NCBI GenBank assembly: GCA_964016885.1
Contig: OZ024748.1
Coordinates: forward strand, 39,866,001 to 39,930,000
Direction of reading: 5' to 3'
From: Eledone cirrhosa
Taxonomy: Eukaryota
Length of the DNA stretch: 64,000 bases
The translations under genes were made by a program, and so were the position numbers. Under the pieces are notes generated by a model. That model was not told where the DNA came from. It was given only the letters and a program-made list of their open reading frames with translations, and ran no database searches. Position 1 is the stretch's first letter. Every line of letters starts with the position of its first letter. Below, piece after piece: positions 28,921 through 43,165 of the stretch.

Positions 28921-28999
28921 ATATATAATACAGAAGATTATTCTCTCTGTCTATCTCTCTCTCTCCCTCCCTCCCTTCCCCTCGCTCTCTCTCTCTCTA

Positions 29000-29036
<37 letters not shown>

Positions 29037-29047
29037 GTGTATGTATG

Positions 29048-29102
<55 letters not shown>

Positions 29103-29319
29103 ATAATAATAATAGTAATAATAATAAATTTGAAGACTAAAATCCAAAGAGGGCTCGATAAGGATAAATATATATCAAACATATAAGAAGCGTAGAGCAA
29201 ATATTTATTAAAATAAATTTGAAATATCCACTTCTGCGTTTACAGATTGACTTTGTTAGTTTCAGAAGATCGCGTTAAGGGTGAAAGCAGCGATTCTTTG
29301 CTTAAACTTTAATCTGTTA

Positions 29320-29411
<92 letters not shown>

Positions 29412-30678
29412 AAAGTTTTATTTAAGATTGTTGGGTTACAACGAGTAAATATTTTATAACTGATATAAAGCACTCAACAAGTTTGGGACTAGATATACGA
29501 TATTAAACAAATGGAAACTATATTTGTAAAACCATATTTATTTCATTATACATATTTCAGGGATACCATATTAAAAATATGTCATGCCTTCTTCAGATAA
29601 AATACAATATATAAGCAGTTTTATAAATAAATTTGACGTACCATAAAATATTGATCAACTTCCATTTAAAAAAGTTGGTTTGGTAGTGAAATGTTTGTAA
29701 ATATTTAGTGTTAAGCACAGTTAGAAAGAAAGACGTAGAGAAGGAATAAATGTATGTAAAGAAAAACAGAGAGAGATAGAGAGAGATATGGGAGAGAGAA
29801 ATAGTGAGGAGGTGAAAAATGAGAGGCAGCTGAGGTAACAGGTGAATAATAATAATCATCATACAAATTGAGAGATTTAGGAGGGAGGGAGTACTGTAAT
29901 TATTTATTTATTTATTTATTTAGTTATAGTGTTAAGGAGACGGAGATAAATAAAAAATAACTAAAGAGAAAACAGCGATACTTAGATTACATCATGTATA
30001 GAGGGAGGAGAAGAAAGCTATATCTAGAGAGAAGGATGACAGATTTACAATTTTACGTTATGTCCCATCATTTTGAATTATCAATTCATATGAATTGGGT
30101 ATTATACTGTAAATATCAATATCCATGAATGAGACATAGATATATAAAAATAATGACCATATGTTTAGTTTAAAAATTCTCAGGTCTATATACCAAAACC
30201 TGAGATAAAACTTCAAAATACATAAGTATATATGTACTTACCGGAAAAAGAAAGAAAGAGAAAAAGAAAAAGAGAAGGTCATCTCAAGTTCTAGTTGACA
30301 CTATAGATATACACGTGAACATACGTGATCAACTCTGTAATTTCTTATTTCACATGAAAAAATGTTTCCCTTGCGTTATAAAAGATTTTACTATATATAT
30401 ATATACATACATACACATACATAAACATATATATTAATATTAATATTCCTGCCCTCACATACATGATTATCGTTCATGTATAGTTCATGTATCGTTCATG
30501 TATCGACAAGTAACAGTACACAATAACGCACTTATGACAGGCCAGAGATTTACGTGGGAGGTGATCTACCATAAATAACATCAATCCTACGAAACATCTG
30601 CCAAACCAACAAGAAACAGCCATGGATTTCTCCGATCTGTAAGAAAATCTTCTTTTCAATATTTTTTTCGAAATTATA

Positions 30679-31887
<1,209 letters not shown>

Positions 31888-31943
31888 TATATGTATATAT
31901 ATATATGTATATATATATATATACATATATATATACATACATA

Positions 31944-32555
31944 CAGGGGTTGGACAAAATAATGGAAACACCTAGCATCATAGAATCATAATTTTGAAAT
32001 ATCTATAAAACCGTCAAAAGCTTGTTTATTTTTATTGTTCTCGAGGTGGTCATTAATTTTGGTAGTAATTTTGGTAGTAATTTGGCAGTAATTGTGGTAG
32101 TAATTTGGCAGTAATTTTGGGAGCTGTACTTTTGTGATCCTTTCTAACAATTCGCGTAAGAGTCCGACGGTATCTATCTGAAAGTTTTGGTTTTCTTCCG
32201 GAGTTTTGTTTCGACGAGGAGGTTTTTCCCTCTTTCTCAAAGACTGTCATTACTTTCGAGACAGTACTTCTTGATACACCAAACATTTCGGCTGTTTTCG
32301 TTACGCTAGCGCCTGCCATACGAGCACCAACAATTTGACCTCTTTGAAAGTCCGATAGATCTGTCATTTTAATGAATTTTAATTACCTTTTTCTGATGAT
32401 ATCTGGAGAGAAACAGCAATTTAAACAAATCATATTAAGCAACACTAATAATAAATAAAAAAAAACATAAAAATAAACAATCTTTTGACGGTTTTATAGA
32501 TATTTCAAAATTATGATGCTATGATGCGAGGTGTTTCCATTATTTTGTCCAACCC

Positions 32556-32558
<3 letters not shown>
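31944..32558 (-). mobile_element. Internally deleted Tc1-type DNA transposon
   Basis: ~90-bp TIRs beginning CAGGGGTTGGACAAAATAATGGAAACACC, flanked by TA; ORF 32053-32367 encodes the Tc1 HTH region (DLSDFQRGQIVGAR..GRKPKL) with no DDE domain. Confidence 0.93.
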
Positions 32559-32590
<32 letters not shown>

Positions 32591-32593
32591 ATG

Positions 32594-32710
<117 letters not shown>

Positions 32711-32755
32711 GTGACGAAACATAAGTCAATTGCATGAACTCATAATCCTTTATTT

Positions 32756-32811
32756 ACTGCTATATATATTTCGATGATAGCCATTGAGTGGCTATGACCT
32801 CATCAGGCAGT
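32756..32811 (-). ncRNA. Intact minimal type-I hammerhead ribozyme, PLE-type
   Basis: ACTGC-CTGATGA-GGTCATAGCCA.CTCAA.TGGCTATCATC-GAAA-TATATA-TA-GCAGT. Confidence 0.85.
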
Positions 32812-32879
32812 TAGTAAGTTCTTAGATATGCCAGCTCTGTGCTTATGGTGTTGATTGTATCAGAGCCTTGGGGCATATC

Positions 32880-32935
<56 letters not shown>

Positions 32936-32988
32936 ATGTATAATATATATATATAATGTATAGCTATACACTGTATATATAATCATAC

Positions 32989-33030
<42 letters not shown>

Positions 33031-33083
33031 GTATGATTATATATACAGTGTATAGCTATACATTATATATATATATTATACAT

Positions 33084-33141
<58 letters not shown>

Positions 33142-33591
33142 CATATTCCAGCATAGCTACGTCCGTTAACGATCTTAGTTCAAATCCCGACGAGGTTGAC
33201 TTTGCCTTTCATCCTTACTGGGTCGATAAAATAAAGAAGCAGTAATGCACTGGGTAATTGCTGGCCTTGTGCCAAAAAGATGAAACAATTATATATATTT
33301 ATATAATATATAATATAGATATGTATATATATAATGTAGTGTGTGTTAGTGTGTATATATGTATGTATATATATATACATATGTGTGTGGGTGTGTAACA
33401 ATTGTTCTCGGTATGGTGAACTAACTGTTGTGTTAAAGGGTGAAAGCAGCGATTCTTTGCTTAAACTTTAATCTGTTATTTTAATAAATATTTCCTCTAG
33501 GGTTCTTATATATTTGATATATATTTATCCTTATCGAGCCCTCTTTGGATTTTAGTCTTCATATTTATTATTATTATTACTATATATATAT

Positions 33592-34415
33592 ACTAGCTGA
33601 GGTACCCGGTTATACCCGGGAGCGGGAGTATTCCCAGTTCCCATTAAAATGCCCAATGCCTCTCAGACTAAAAATGAAATACAAATATACGACAGATAAT
33701 CAAAAGCGAAGACAAATTCATTTACGAAACAATAATACAAACAAATATTGTTGATTACATTGGTCAGGTGAAAATATGTTCGTCAGAGAAGTTGAGTGTT
33801 GCTATAAATAAACAAATAGAACCCCATTAGGGTGTCTCAATATTATTGACATTTGCTGAAATTTTGTGAATAGATATCATATCTTGTCATTTACCTATGA
33901 TTTAAATTTCATATAAATCGAAGGGAAAACATTTTCAGTGGGGGTTTTCAACGGGGTTTTGTGCCCCTAGGGACCCTTTGATTAAAATGAAATATACTTA
34001 TCGAAGTACCCTGGGCAATGTAGTTTTAAAATATATATGGTTATGGGGGTCTATCTCCAAAAGCATAGGAGGAGTTCGTGAAATCTTGTTCCATTTATTG
34101 GCCAAAATGTTCACTATAGGGGGTTTAACCCCCAATAGGGTGTCTTAATATTATTGAAATTTGCTGAATTTTTGTGAATAGGCATCATATCTTGTCATTC
34201 ACCTATGGTTTAAATTTCTTATAAATCGATGGGAAAAAATTAAGCGGGGGTTTTCAGCAGAGGTTTGAACACCCGGGGAACCCTTTGATTAAAATGAAAT
34301 ATACGTAAGAAATCAAATGGGCATGAGCCCCCACACACGTGTCAAGCTACATCAAGATCCGTTTGTTAGTTTTTGAGTTTTAGGTTCACAAACAAACAAA
34401 CAGACAGAAATTGTC

Positions 34416-34425
<10 letters not shown>
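33592..34425 (-). mobile_element. Non-autonomous Helitron-like element with internal duplication; related fragment at 44875-45127
   Basis: Hairpin CCCGGGTATAACCGGG followed by CTAGT at the 3' end; (TTTG)n near the 5' end. Confidence 0.6.
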
Positions 34426-34463
<38 letters not shown>

Positions 34464-34959
34464 TATAAAGCTAACGGCCGTATGTATGTAACAAACTTTT
34501 CGCCAAACGGCTGGACCAAACAGAACAAATTTGCACTATAGATGTAACTTTTTCCAAGTAAAAAAGTGAGGGTATTTTTGTCTACTGAATTTTGTTAAAA
34601 GATTAAAGACATTATTTAAATATTCGCTTCTTTAAAATTTCAAATGTCAACACTTCCTGTTATACGACATTCCTCACTTTTTTTCGTCGCACAACATTCC
34701 CCTCTTTTTCTTAGTCTGTCTTTTTAGATAGATATAGGGCTATAACGTAGCGTCTTTATAATATGTCTCTGTAGGTCTGGCTGTCTGTATTAGATAACGT
34801 TTTTCGAAATATTTACTTCTGGGTTCACAGATTGATTTTTTTTAGTTTCAGAAGTTAAGGGTGAAAGCCTTTGCTTAAACATTGTTATTTTAATATATAT
34901 ATTCGTGTACAGATATTTTGCATACACAAAAACAAAAACCTATTTATTTCACTAAAGCA

Positions 34960-35410
34960 CAGACGGCTTATCGTCATTGTTACTGTTCGAGGTTAGAGGA
35001 CCACAGTCTTTCCAAGATCTGAGAACCATCAATAGCCATCAATGTTCCACTTACCGTTTGGCTTGCCAGATGCGTGGTTTGTTACACAATGACACCTATT
35101 GGCACCTCACCCTGCAAGAAGCAGCAACTGCTAAAATCCCTTCTCAGCTGCGAAAACCTTTTGCTATTATGCTGCACAACTGTGATCTCGCCACCCCGAA
35201 AGTCTAGCTGCGGACATCCTCCACCGCACACGCAGACACAATCCGAGCGTAACATACGATGTCGTTTTCAATGAGGCGCTCATCTGTCTTGAAAACAGTC
35301 TCCTGGAGATTGATGGTAGGCTTCTAAGTCACTACAGCTTACCTGCTCCTGGCAGGAGTGTCCTGAGGTCAATGTCTACAGAGCTTCTCCGTGAGATGAG
35401 CTACGAGATC
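34960..35410 (+). mobile_element. Helitron RepHel coding fragment (pseudogenised)
   Basis: LLFEVRGPQSFQDLRT..YRLACQMRGLLHND..W..LQEA..QLR resembles the conserved Rep-helicase linker of Helitrons. Confidence 0.8.
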
Positions 35411-36394
35411 AGTGCTTCTCCAGTGGTCAATTGTATGTAGGATGCTCTAGGGTGAGCTCGCCAAACAATCTCTTCATCTTTGCTCCGGAGGGCTGAACAA
35501 AAAATATTGTATACTCTGAGGCTCTAACAATGTAATTTAAATATTTTCTGTTACTTGGAATTTTCATTTTGGTTGTACAAATTATTGTTTGTTAAAAAAT
35601 ATGTTCTCTGTTCAGCCTTTATTGTTGTAACTCTCAATTATCTTTAACGTACTGGCTGCTGAACTGGGGAATCCTAAAACTATTCAAACCCAACATCAGA
35701 GCACGTTAACCATTTGGATAGTGAAAGAAAAAGAGAAAAATTTCAAATCTTTTATGAGGGATATGCAAATGAAGTAGAAGGGTAGACTGAAAATATCGTT
35801 ATATTTAGACGCCAGGTACATTTAAATAATTATTAGGATACTTTATAAAAGAAGATGAAGCAGAAGAAGGAAGAAAGATAGGCTCATATTATTATTAGGG
35901 TGCAAGTAGATTTAAAAATTTAAAATGTGTTGAAGTGGTAGAATACTAAACCAAAAAGTTTTCAATATATAACCAAATCATGAGTTATAATATATATATA
36001 ATGTATATAATTATTTTTTAAGGAATTAAGGTTGTAGGTACACTTTAGCTTATTATATTGCAACCAGTCAGTTTAGCTTATTATATTGAAACCAGTCAAT
36101 TTAGCTTATTATATTGCAACCAGTCAATTATATACATATTTATATAAATAGATAAAAATATATACATGCTGTTATTAATTCAAATATAATTTAAGGGTTA
36201 CGAAGGATATTTTCAATATGTAGTTAAGAAAAAAAAGTCCAAGATGGCACGGATGGGGTGGTCAGGAAGGAGACGTCCATACCATAATGCCAATGTAAGA
36301 CAGTAGCTATTGTCATTTTATCGTGTCAGTTGATATTACGTTAAATATAATTCTGGTTTTATCTGTGATTTACTGATATAGCTTACGTCAATTG

Positions 36395-36790
36395 TTTCTT
36401 CTTCATCCAGTTATTTCTGAGAGGGTCGTGGGGTCAGAGTCCTCCAACACTCCTTCCAGCAAGTCAGGTCAGAAGCAACCGTTTCCAACTGATCCGGCTG
36501 GATCTCCCAAGCATGACCAGCCAAGCTCATGGATCTTAGCAAACCATCTTACTCAGGGTGGGTCGATCCCTGGGTCTCTTGTCAGTTTGTTTTGCCCGTA
36601 AAATCTGTCCGGTGATTCTTTCCTGAGACATTCTAACCACATGTCCATAGTATCAGAGCTGTGATCTCTCAATTCGGAGAAGTAGCGGCTCTACCTGGAG
36701 TAACTCTCTGATCTCAGAACTACGCACTCTATCGAGTAACATTACTCCAAAGACCCTTCAGAGGAATCCCATTTCGGCCGCTTGTATTGT
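36395..36790 (-). mobile_element. RTE-type LINE 3' fragment
   Basis: Similar to 40075-40870 and 46030-46250; ends in a GAAGAAGA tail. Confidence 0.65.
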
Positions 36791-36852
36791 TTCTATTTAC
36801 GAAATAACACAACTGAGGATTTTAATAGTGTCAAATTTTCGTTTCCTTTCAG

Positions 36853-38328
36853 TTCCGACTTTATCGAACCATTTAAAATACATATTGTAGAGAACATAAA
36901 GATCAATAACCGTAACGACAGATTAATTGCTCTCGAGAAAGCTGACTACAACATCTTTAAATTACAACCTGAAGATGTCATGATCGATTTCCTTACAGAT
37001 GCTGGCACTAATGCTTTCAGTCTTGAACAAAACGCAAGAATATGGATGGGTGATGAAAGTTATGCCGGATCTACTAGTTATGAAACTTTGAAAGACACGG
37101 CAACATATATTTCTGGTTTTGAAAACATTCTGCCAGTTTTTTCTGAATGTATCAGCGAAGAGATTGTCGCTTCTTATTTCACAAAAGCTGGAGATAAGGT
37201 TATTGGGAATACTTTTACTTATTCACTTGAGAAGCATATAAAGGATCTTCATGCTGAAGCGATTTCTTTGTTAGATTGGTCAGATAATAATTTTGCAGGA
37301 AATCTAGATGTTCAAGCACTCAAAAACTTATTGGCAGAAAATGATAAAAAATCAATTTCCTTTCTTATAATGAATGTACCAGCAAAAAGTAGTGGTGGCC
37401 AACCAGTTAGTATGTCAAACATGAAAGCAGTTTCTGATCTCTGTCGCGAACATTCGATTCCGATATACATCGAAAGTAGTATGTATGGTGAGAACTGTTG
37501 GCTCAATAAAATGTACGAAGAGGCTTACTTCAATAAATCGTTAGTTGAGATATCGCAAGAAATGTTTTCTTTTTTCGATGGCTGCATTATTTCTGCTAAA
37601 AGAGATGGTAGAAGTGAGATTGGAAGTGTCATTTGTCTTCAAGACAAAGAAATGACTCGAAAATTGGGCACTGTTATTACTCTTAAAGCAGGTTTCATAA
37701 CTTATGGTGGGATGGCTGGCCGAGATATGGAAATGGTAGCGGTTGGCATGCGAGGTGCTTTGGATGAACAACTGCAAGACTATCGACAAAAACAATTGGC
37801 ATTTTTCAAAAGATCCCTGAAGGAATTTGGTGTTCCGATTGTGGAGCCAGTCGGTTGTAATACCATCTTCATTGATGCCGAAAATGCTTTTCCTAACTGT
37901 AAACACGCGTTTCATCCAGCCTGGTCTTTATCTTGTGCTGTTTATATCGTCGGGGGTATCCGATGCGCAGAGTTTGGTCAAGTTACTCGTCCAACAAGCA
38001 GCTTACCCACTAATCATTTTCTGAAAGACCGAGAATTACTAAAGCTTGAGATACCTCGTTTCATCTATACGACTTGTCACATTTTCTATGTTGCCTATGT
38101 TTTCGCTCAGCTTATTTCACATGAAATGCTTTCTGGAATGAAACTTATTGCCTGCTCCGAAGACCAAATAAAACTCGTGAAAATAAAAATGAAACCAAAT
38201 CATTCTCTGGAATATGACGATATCCAACTCCTTCCGGTACAAGACTGTGAACACATTCACTTCTTTAAAAACATATCTAATCAAAGAGTTATGAAAAGAA
38301 ATTCAATCGCCGAGGCATCTTCTATATG
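36853..38328 (+). CDS. Tryptophanase/tyrosine phenol-lyase-like domain 1 exon (catalytic Lys replaced by Arg) plus linker
   Basis: EPFKI, IDFLTDAGT, GDESYAGS, GGQPVSM, TYGGMAGRDME motifs; acceptor tttcctttcAG|36853; donor TG|GTCAGT at 38329. The open frame continues to a stop at 38407. Confidence 0.9.
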
Positions 38329-38887
38329 GTCAGTCGACATTCCTTCTTTTAAAAAGGGGACAAACACGTTAGATAATGTAATCGTAGACACAAAAAAGAC
38401 GTGGTAGTCATGATTGGAACGTCCCTGATCATAGAATTGCTCTGTCAATGTTCACCTGAACTTAAACAACAGCAACAACAACACAGAGATTTTTTTTGTT
38501 GCACCCAAACAGGATTCTGTAAATTCTAGATTGTACATTCTTTTATTCTTTTACTGGTTTCAGTCATTAGACTGTGGCCATGCTGGGGCACTGTTCTTTT
38601 ACTGGTTTCAGTCATTAGACTGTGGCCATGCTGGGACAGTGGTCTTTTACTGGATTCAGTGATTCTACTGTGGCCATGCTAGGGCACCAATTGATTGTTA
38701 GTTTGTTTTTTTTAATTGGTTTTATTCCCAACAATTAAACTATTGAACATGATTTTGAATAGAAAGTAGGGGAAAACATTGACAGTCTTGTCAAATATAG
38801 TTTTAATATTATGTTAACAAAAAAAGGAAATAAAATATCTTTGGAAACTTAAATATATTTCTTGTGATGTTCTTTTTACAATTATTT

Positions 38888-39170
38888 CACCAATATATAA
38901 TTAATATCAAACATTGTGATGTATGTTTCACCAATATATAATTAATAACAAACATTGTGATGTATGTTACACCAATATATAATTAATATCAAACATTGTG
39001 ATGTATGTTACACCAATATATAATTAATATCAAACATTGTGATGTATGTTACACCAATATATAATTAATATCAAACATTGTGATGTATGTTTCACCAATA
39101 TATAATTAATATCAAACATTGTGATGTATGTTTCACCAATATATAATTAATATGAAACATTGTGATGTGG
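38888..39170. repeat. 41-42-bp minisatellite, ~7 units
   Basis: caccaatatataattaatatcaaacattgtgatgtatgtt repeated. Confidence 0.9.
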
Positions 39171-40074
39171 TTGTGATAATTCGGGGAAAGATGGTACAAC
39201 GAATATTAGATAAACTAAGGTGAAAAGATACGACAAATCAGCATTTTAAACTTTTGTCTTATATTTCTTGATATTTTGAGGTGAAAAACTTTTTTCAAAA
39301 GAAAGAAATGGAGTCTGGTGTTGTCAACGCCCAAAGAATTGTTGATAAACGATTTATTTACATCAACTTATTATTGATGGTGAGATGCTTTTGTTTCACT
39401 TTAAAAAAATATTATAATAAGGTGACATACTAATATAAATATTATTTTAAAAATAAAAAACAAATCTTGAAACATCTTATGACTGTGGCAGTGGCAAGGT
39501 TTATAGAGTTAAGAAGCCTCACAACCATCTGATTTCCGGTTCCTTTAGACTACATGGCATCTTAAAGAAGTGTCTTTCTGCCATAGGTTCGAGTCAACAA
39601 AACGGACAGTTTGCCCTTTTCGGCTTGGCGGGCAGCAGGGCCTGGACTGGTGGTGGAATGCACCAGGTTGGTACTTGCAATTAATTGTAATATAACTGAT
39701 AGATGTTGTTTCAATTCTGTGCCATTAATTGTAGATCAACGACAACATTGTTGCAGTAGTTATTTCAATTCTGTGCCATTAATAATCTGTGTTACGAACA
39801 CTACATAAATAGTCTACAGGTGTTACCTTGATTTCACCAGATGGAAATATCAAAATCAAAATTGATTATGTAATTGTTCCAAACAATATTCTCGAAATGG
39901 TGAAAAACTGCCATGTGTATATTTCTACAGATATTGGTCTAGAATATTTCAACTTAGAGACTGGAAAACACAAACGTTATTATCATAAATGTACTGTGAT
40001 TGTGTGAGGCTTAATTATTAAAGATTGTAAAATCCATTCCCAGTGAATTGGTCAAACTATATCCAAGAATTTTC

Positions 40075-40875
40075 TTTTTCTTCCTTCACTTATTCCTGGG
40101 AAGGTCGTGGGGGAAGAGTCTTGAAACACTCCTTCTAGCAGGTCCTGTCAGAAGCAACCATCTCCAACTGATTTGGCTGGATCCCCAAGCGATACCTGCC
40201 AAGCTTATGGATGTTATCCAACTATCTTGCTCAGGGTCTACTCCTGGGTCTCCTGCTGGTTGGTTTTGCCAATAAAATCTGTCCAGTATTTCCTTGGACA
40301 TTCTAGCCATATAATATGTAATATCAGAGCTATGATTTCTCAATTCGGAAAAGTATCAGTTCTACCAGGTGTGATTCACAAGTCTCCAAGCTACACACAC
40401 TATCGAGTAATGATACTCCAAATACCCTTTTGGAGGAACCCCATTTTGGCCACTTGTTTTTGTGATTGTATTCTTTCAGTCATTACACAAGATTCATGAC
40501 CATAGGTAAGGGTTGGCACGAAAACCGAATTGAAGATAGTGAGTTTGGTGTTTACACCTACCTCCCTTCTTCTGATTACCAAATACCAAAGCTGTCACAT
40601 TACTGCGGCAGCTCCTGCAATTATTGCACTTAATTCGGCCTCCTGCCTTCCATCACTCGTGACCATGGCCCTGAGATACTTGAACTTCTCTACCAACTTC
40701 AGTAGAACTCCCTTCGCATGTAGAATGCACTGCGCAGGCTTCCTTTAGAAGACGAGTGTCTCAGTTTTCACAGCACTGAATTTCATTCCAGCCATGCATC
40801 ACTCTGCATCAAACCTATCAAGTGCAAGTCAGAGATCACCTTTTGTTGAGTTTGTAACACCATGTTGTCTGCAAA
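40075..40875 (-). mobile_element. RTE-type LINE fragment (RT C-terminus)
   Basis: KFKYLR and TKLTIFNSVFVPTLTYGHES motifs. Confidence 0.8.
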
Positions 40876-40966
40876 TTCCAGCCACAAATTGCTGGCCATG
40901 TGCCTAAATTAGAAAACCTTATTCCTGCAAAAGGTCCTGTTAATCCTTAATTATTATTAAATATAA

Positions 40967-41222
40967 CATATATACAAACTGGAGCTGTGTCAGGGACCAG
41001 TCCGCAAACATATATACAAACTGGAGCTGTGTCAGGGACCAGCCTGCAAACATATATACAAACTGGAGCTGTGTCAGGGACCAGTCCGCAAACATATATA
41101 CAAACTGGAGCTGTGTAAGGGACCAGTCCACAAACATATATATAAACTGGAGCTGTGTCAGGGTCCAGTCCGCAAAAATATATACAAACTGGAGCTGTGT
41201 CAGTGACAATGTCTGCAAACAA
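40967..41222. repeat. 42-bp minisatellite, ~6 units
   Basis: catatatacaaactggagctgtgtcagggaccagtccgcaaa repeated. Confidence 0.9.
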
Positions 41223-41546
41223 TGAGTTGAAAATTTTAACACCAAGAAATATATGATAAATAAAAACTACAGTTAACAGATTTTTGTGTTTTGAATTACT
41301 AAAGTGACACGTGTACAATGTAATTGGTATATATATATATACTCTCTCTATATGTATGTGTTTTTATATAAATATGTAAATATTTGTGTGTATATATATA
41401 TATATTGTTGTTATATAGTAAGGTGTATTATTGGTTGTGTCATACGGTCCAATAAACTTTTGTTAGCAATATTAAGTTCTCCACGCTTTTGTATATCTCC
41501 AATTCCATTTAAGGGAACAGCTAGATGATGTAAAACGGAGTATTTG

Positions 41547-43129
41547 TATCAAAATAAAGATCCGAAAGCATGGTATAAATTTCCAATCATTTTAATCACA
41601 ACACGTTTCAATAAGGGATAGATCGATCGTGTGGTCATGATCGATTATCACTGATTTCATCATTCTTAACTGAGCGTGTAATACGTCTATTTACTAACTG
41701 AGAGAACTCTATGGTTAGGGTATTCTAAACCTTCCTCAGGATTTTTGGAAAGTAACCTACCACTAACTGCCCCCTTTTTACCTTAGCCATAGAGTTCTCT
41801 CAATTAGCAAAAAATAGACAATCACACACTCAGGTAGTAGACAGCTAAGATCGTTTGCGCACCTACACACTGTACTCGGTGTGTTTCCACAGAGTTCTCA
41901 CAGCTGAGTGCATATTTACCATTACTTTAGAATACCTAGTTAGTAAATAGTTAGAACAATTACACTCGCAGTTAAGACCGATTACGCGCATTCACCATTA
42001 CTTTAGAATACCCTAACCATAGAGTTCTCTCAGTTAGTAAATAGACGTATTACACACTCAGTTAAGAACGTTACGCTCTTTATACATAATTCTACACAGT
42101 ACCCGGTTTCTTTAGACACAGAGTTGCCACAGTTATGACCAGTCATGATCTTGTCGATTGAATACTACACTAGGTTTTGGTCTGTGATCCTCTAACCAAG
42201 GAGTGCTCACAGTTTGCTGAATGGACAATACTACTTACACGCCATCAATGGACTTACACACATCCCCGGGGTTTTGTTATTTTATTTTGTGTTGGGTAAC
42301 ACACCTCCACCACTCAAACACTTATCTTAAAGGCCCGAGGGAAAACGCACACACTGACACCTTAACTCAAATACCCAACCCTACATGGAGCCCCTTGTTG
42401 GCCTACATGGCAGGTGCTTGCACGCACAGACTCGGGGACCCAGATTCTCAACGGGACAACGGCACATATAGAGTTCGATACGAGCTGACTACTTGCTCTA
42501 CACATGGATGTGTATATACCAAAACATACACTATTTAGACGATACAGATGTTACAATTCAATCGATACACGTATAGCAGAACGTTGAAGGGAATTTACTT
42601 GCGTGTGTATAGTGTTGTGGTTGACCCAATTTTTTTCTAATTTACATCGTGAAAATTGAGATTTGACCAATATAACGTTTGTTGTTTTGTAACCTAACTT
42701 TTGGTGCATACTGTGTTGCTGTGTATATTTTTTTTTCTCTGACCTCGCGTCGGTGTGTGTGAGTGTGTGTGCACTCAATAACACTAATTGTGACGGACCA
42801 AAATTCTACAGATCTGGTGCTGAGATTAGACCTGTCCAGCGTCTTTTACAGCTATTGAGAGATAGAGACTTGATAGATTTATGACCCTGACTGAAGACAA
42901 TAGCAGTTGTCGTGTTTTGGCTGCTGATTATTCATATGGGGAACAAAACTCCAGTGAGTGAACATCGTTAGTTTTTCCTCCCTCATATCAAAGATTTCAA
43001 GACATTTCATTATTCACCTGAGATCAGTGATAATCGATCATGACCACACGATCGATCCCTTATTGAAACATGTGTCGTGATTAAAATGATTGGAAATGTA
43101 TACCATGCCTTCGGATCTTTATTTTGATA
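41547..43129. mobile_element. ~1.6-kb intronic element bounded by ~110-bp inverted repeats
   Basis: 41547-41657 is the reverse complement of ~43022-43129; internal repeats of agagttctctcagttagtaaatagac. Confidence 0.7.
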
Positions 43130-43165
43130 TATATATATAAAACTGAATTTACATTTTTTTTCCAG

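Noticed and set aside
36782-36852. ORF-track N-terminus MYCFYLRN... of the 541-aa ORF
   Set aside because: It starts at TTG at the edge of an RTE fragment and runs through a polypyrimidine tract and AG, so it is intronic.
36853-38407. Domain 1 as a simple pseudogene
   Set aside because: About 500 codons without stop or frameshift despite deep divergence, with selective retention of trans-acting motifs.
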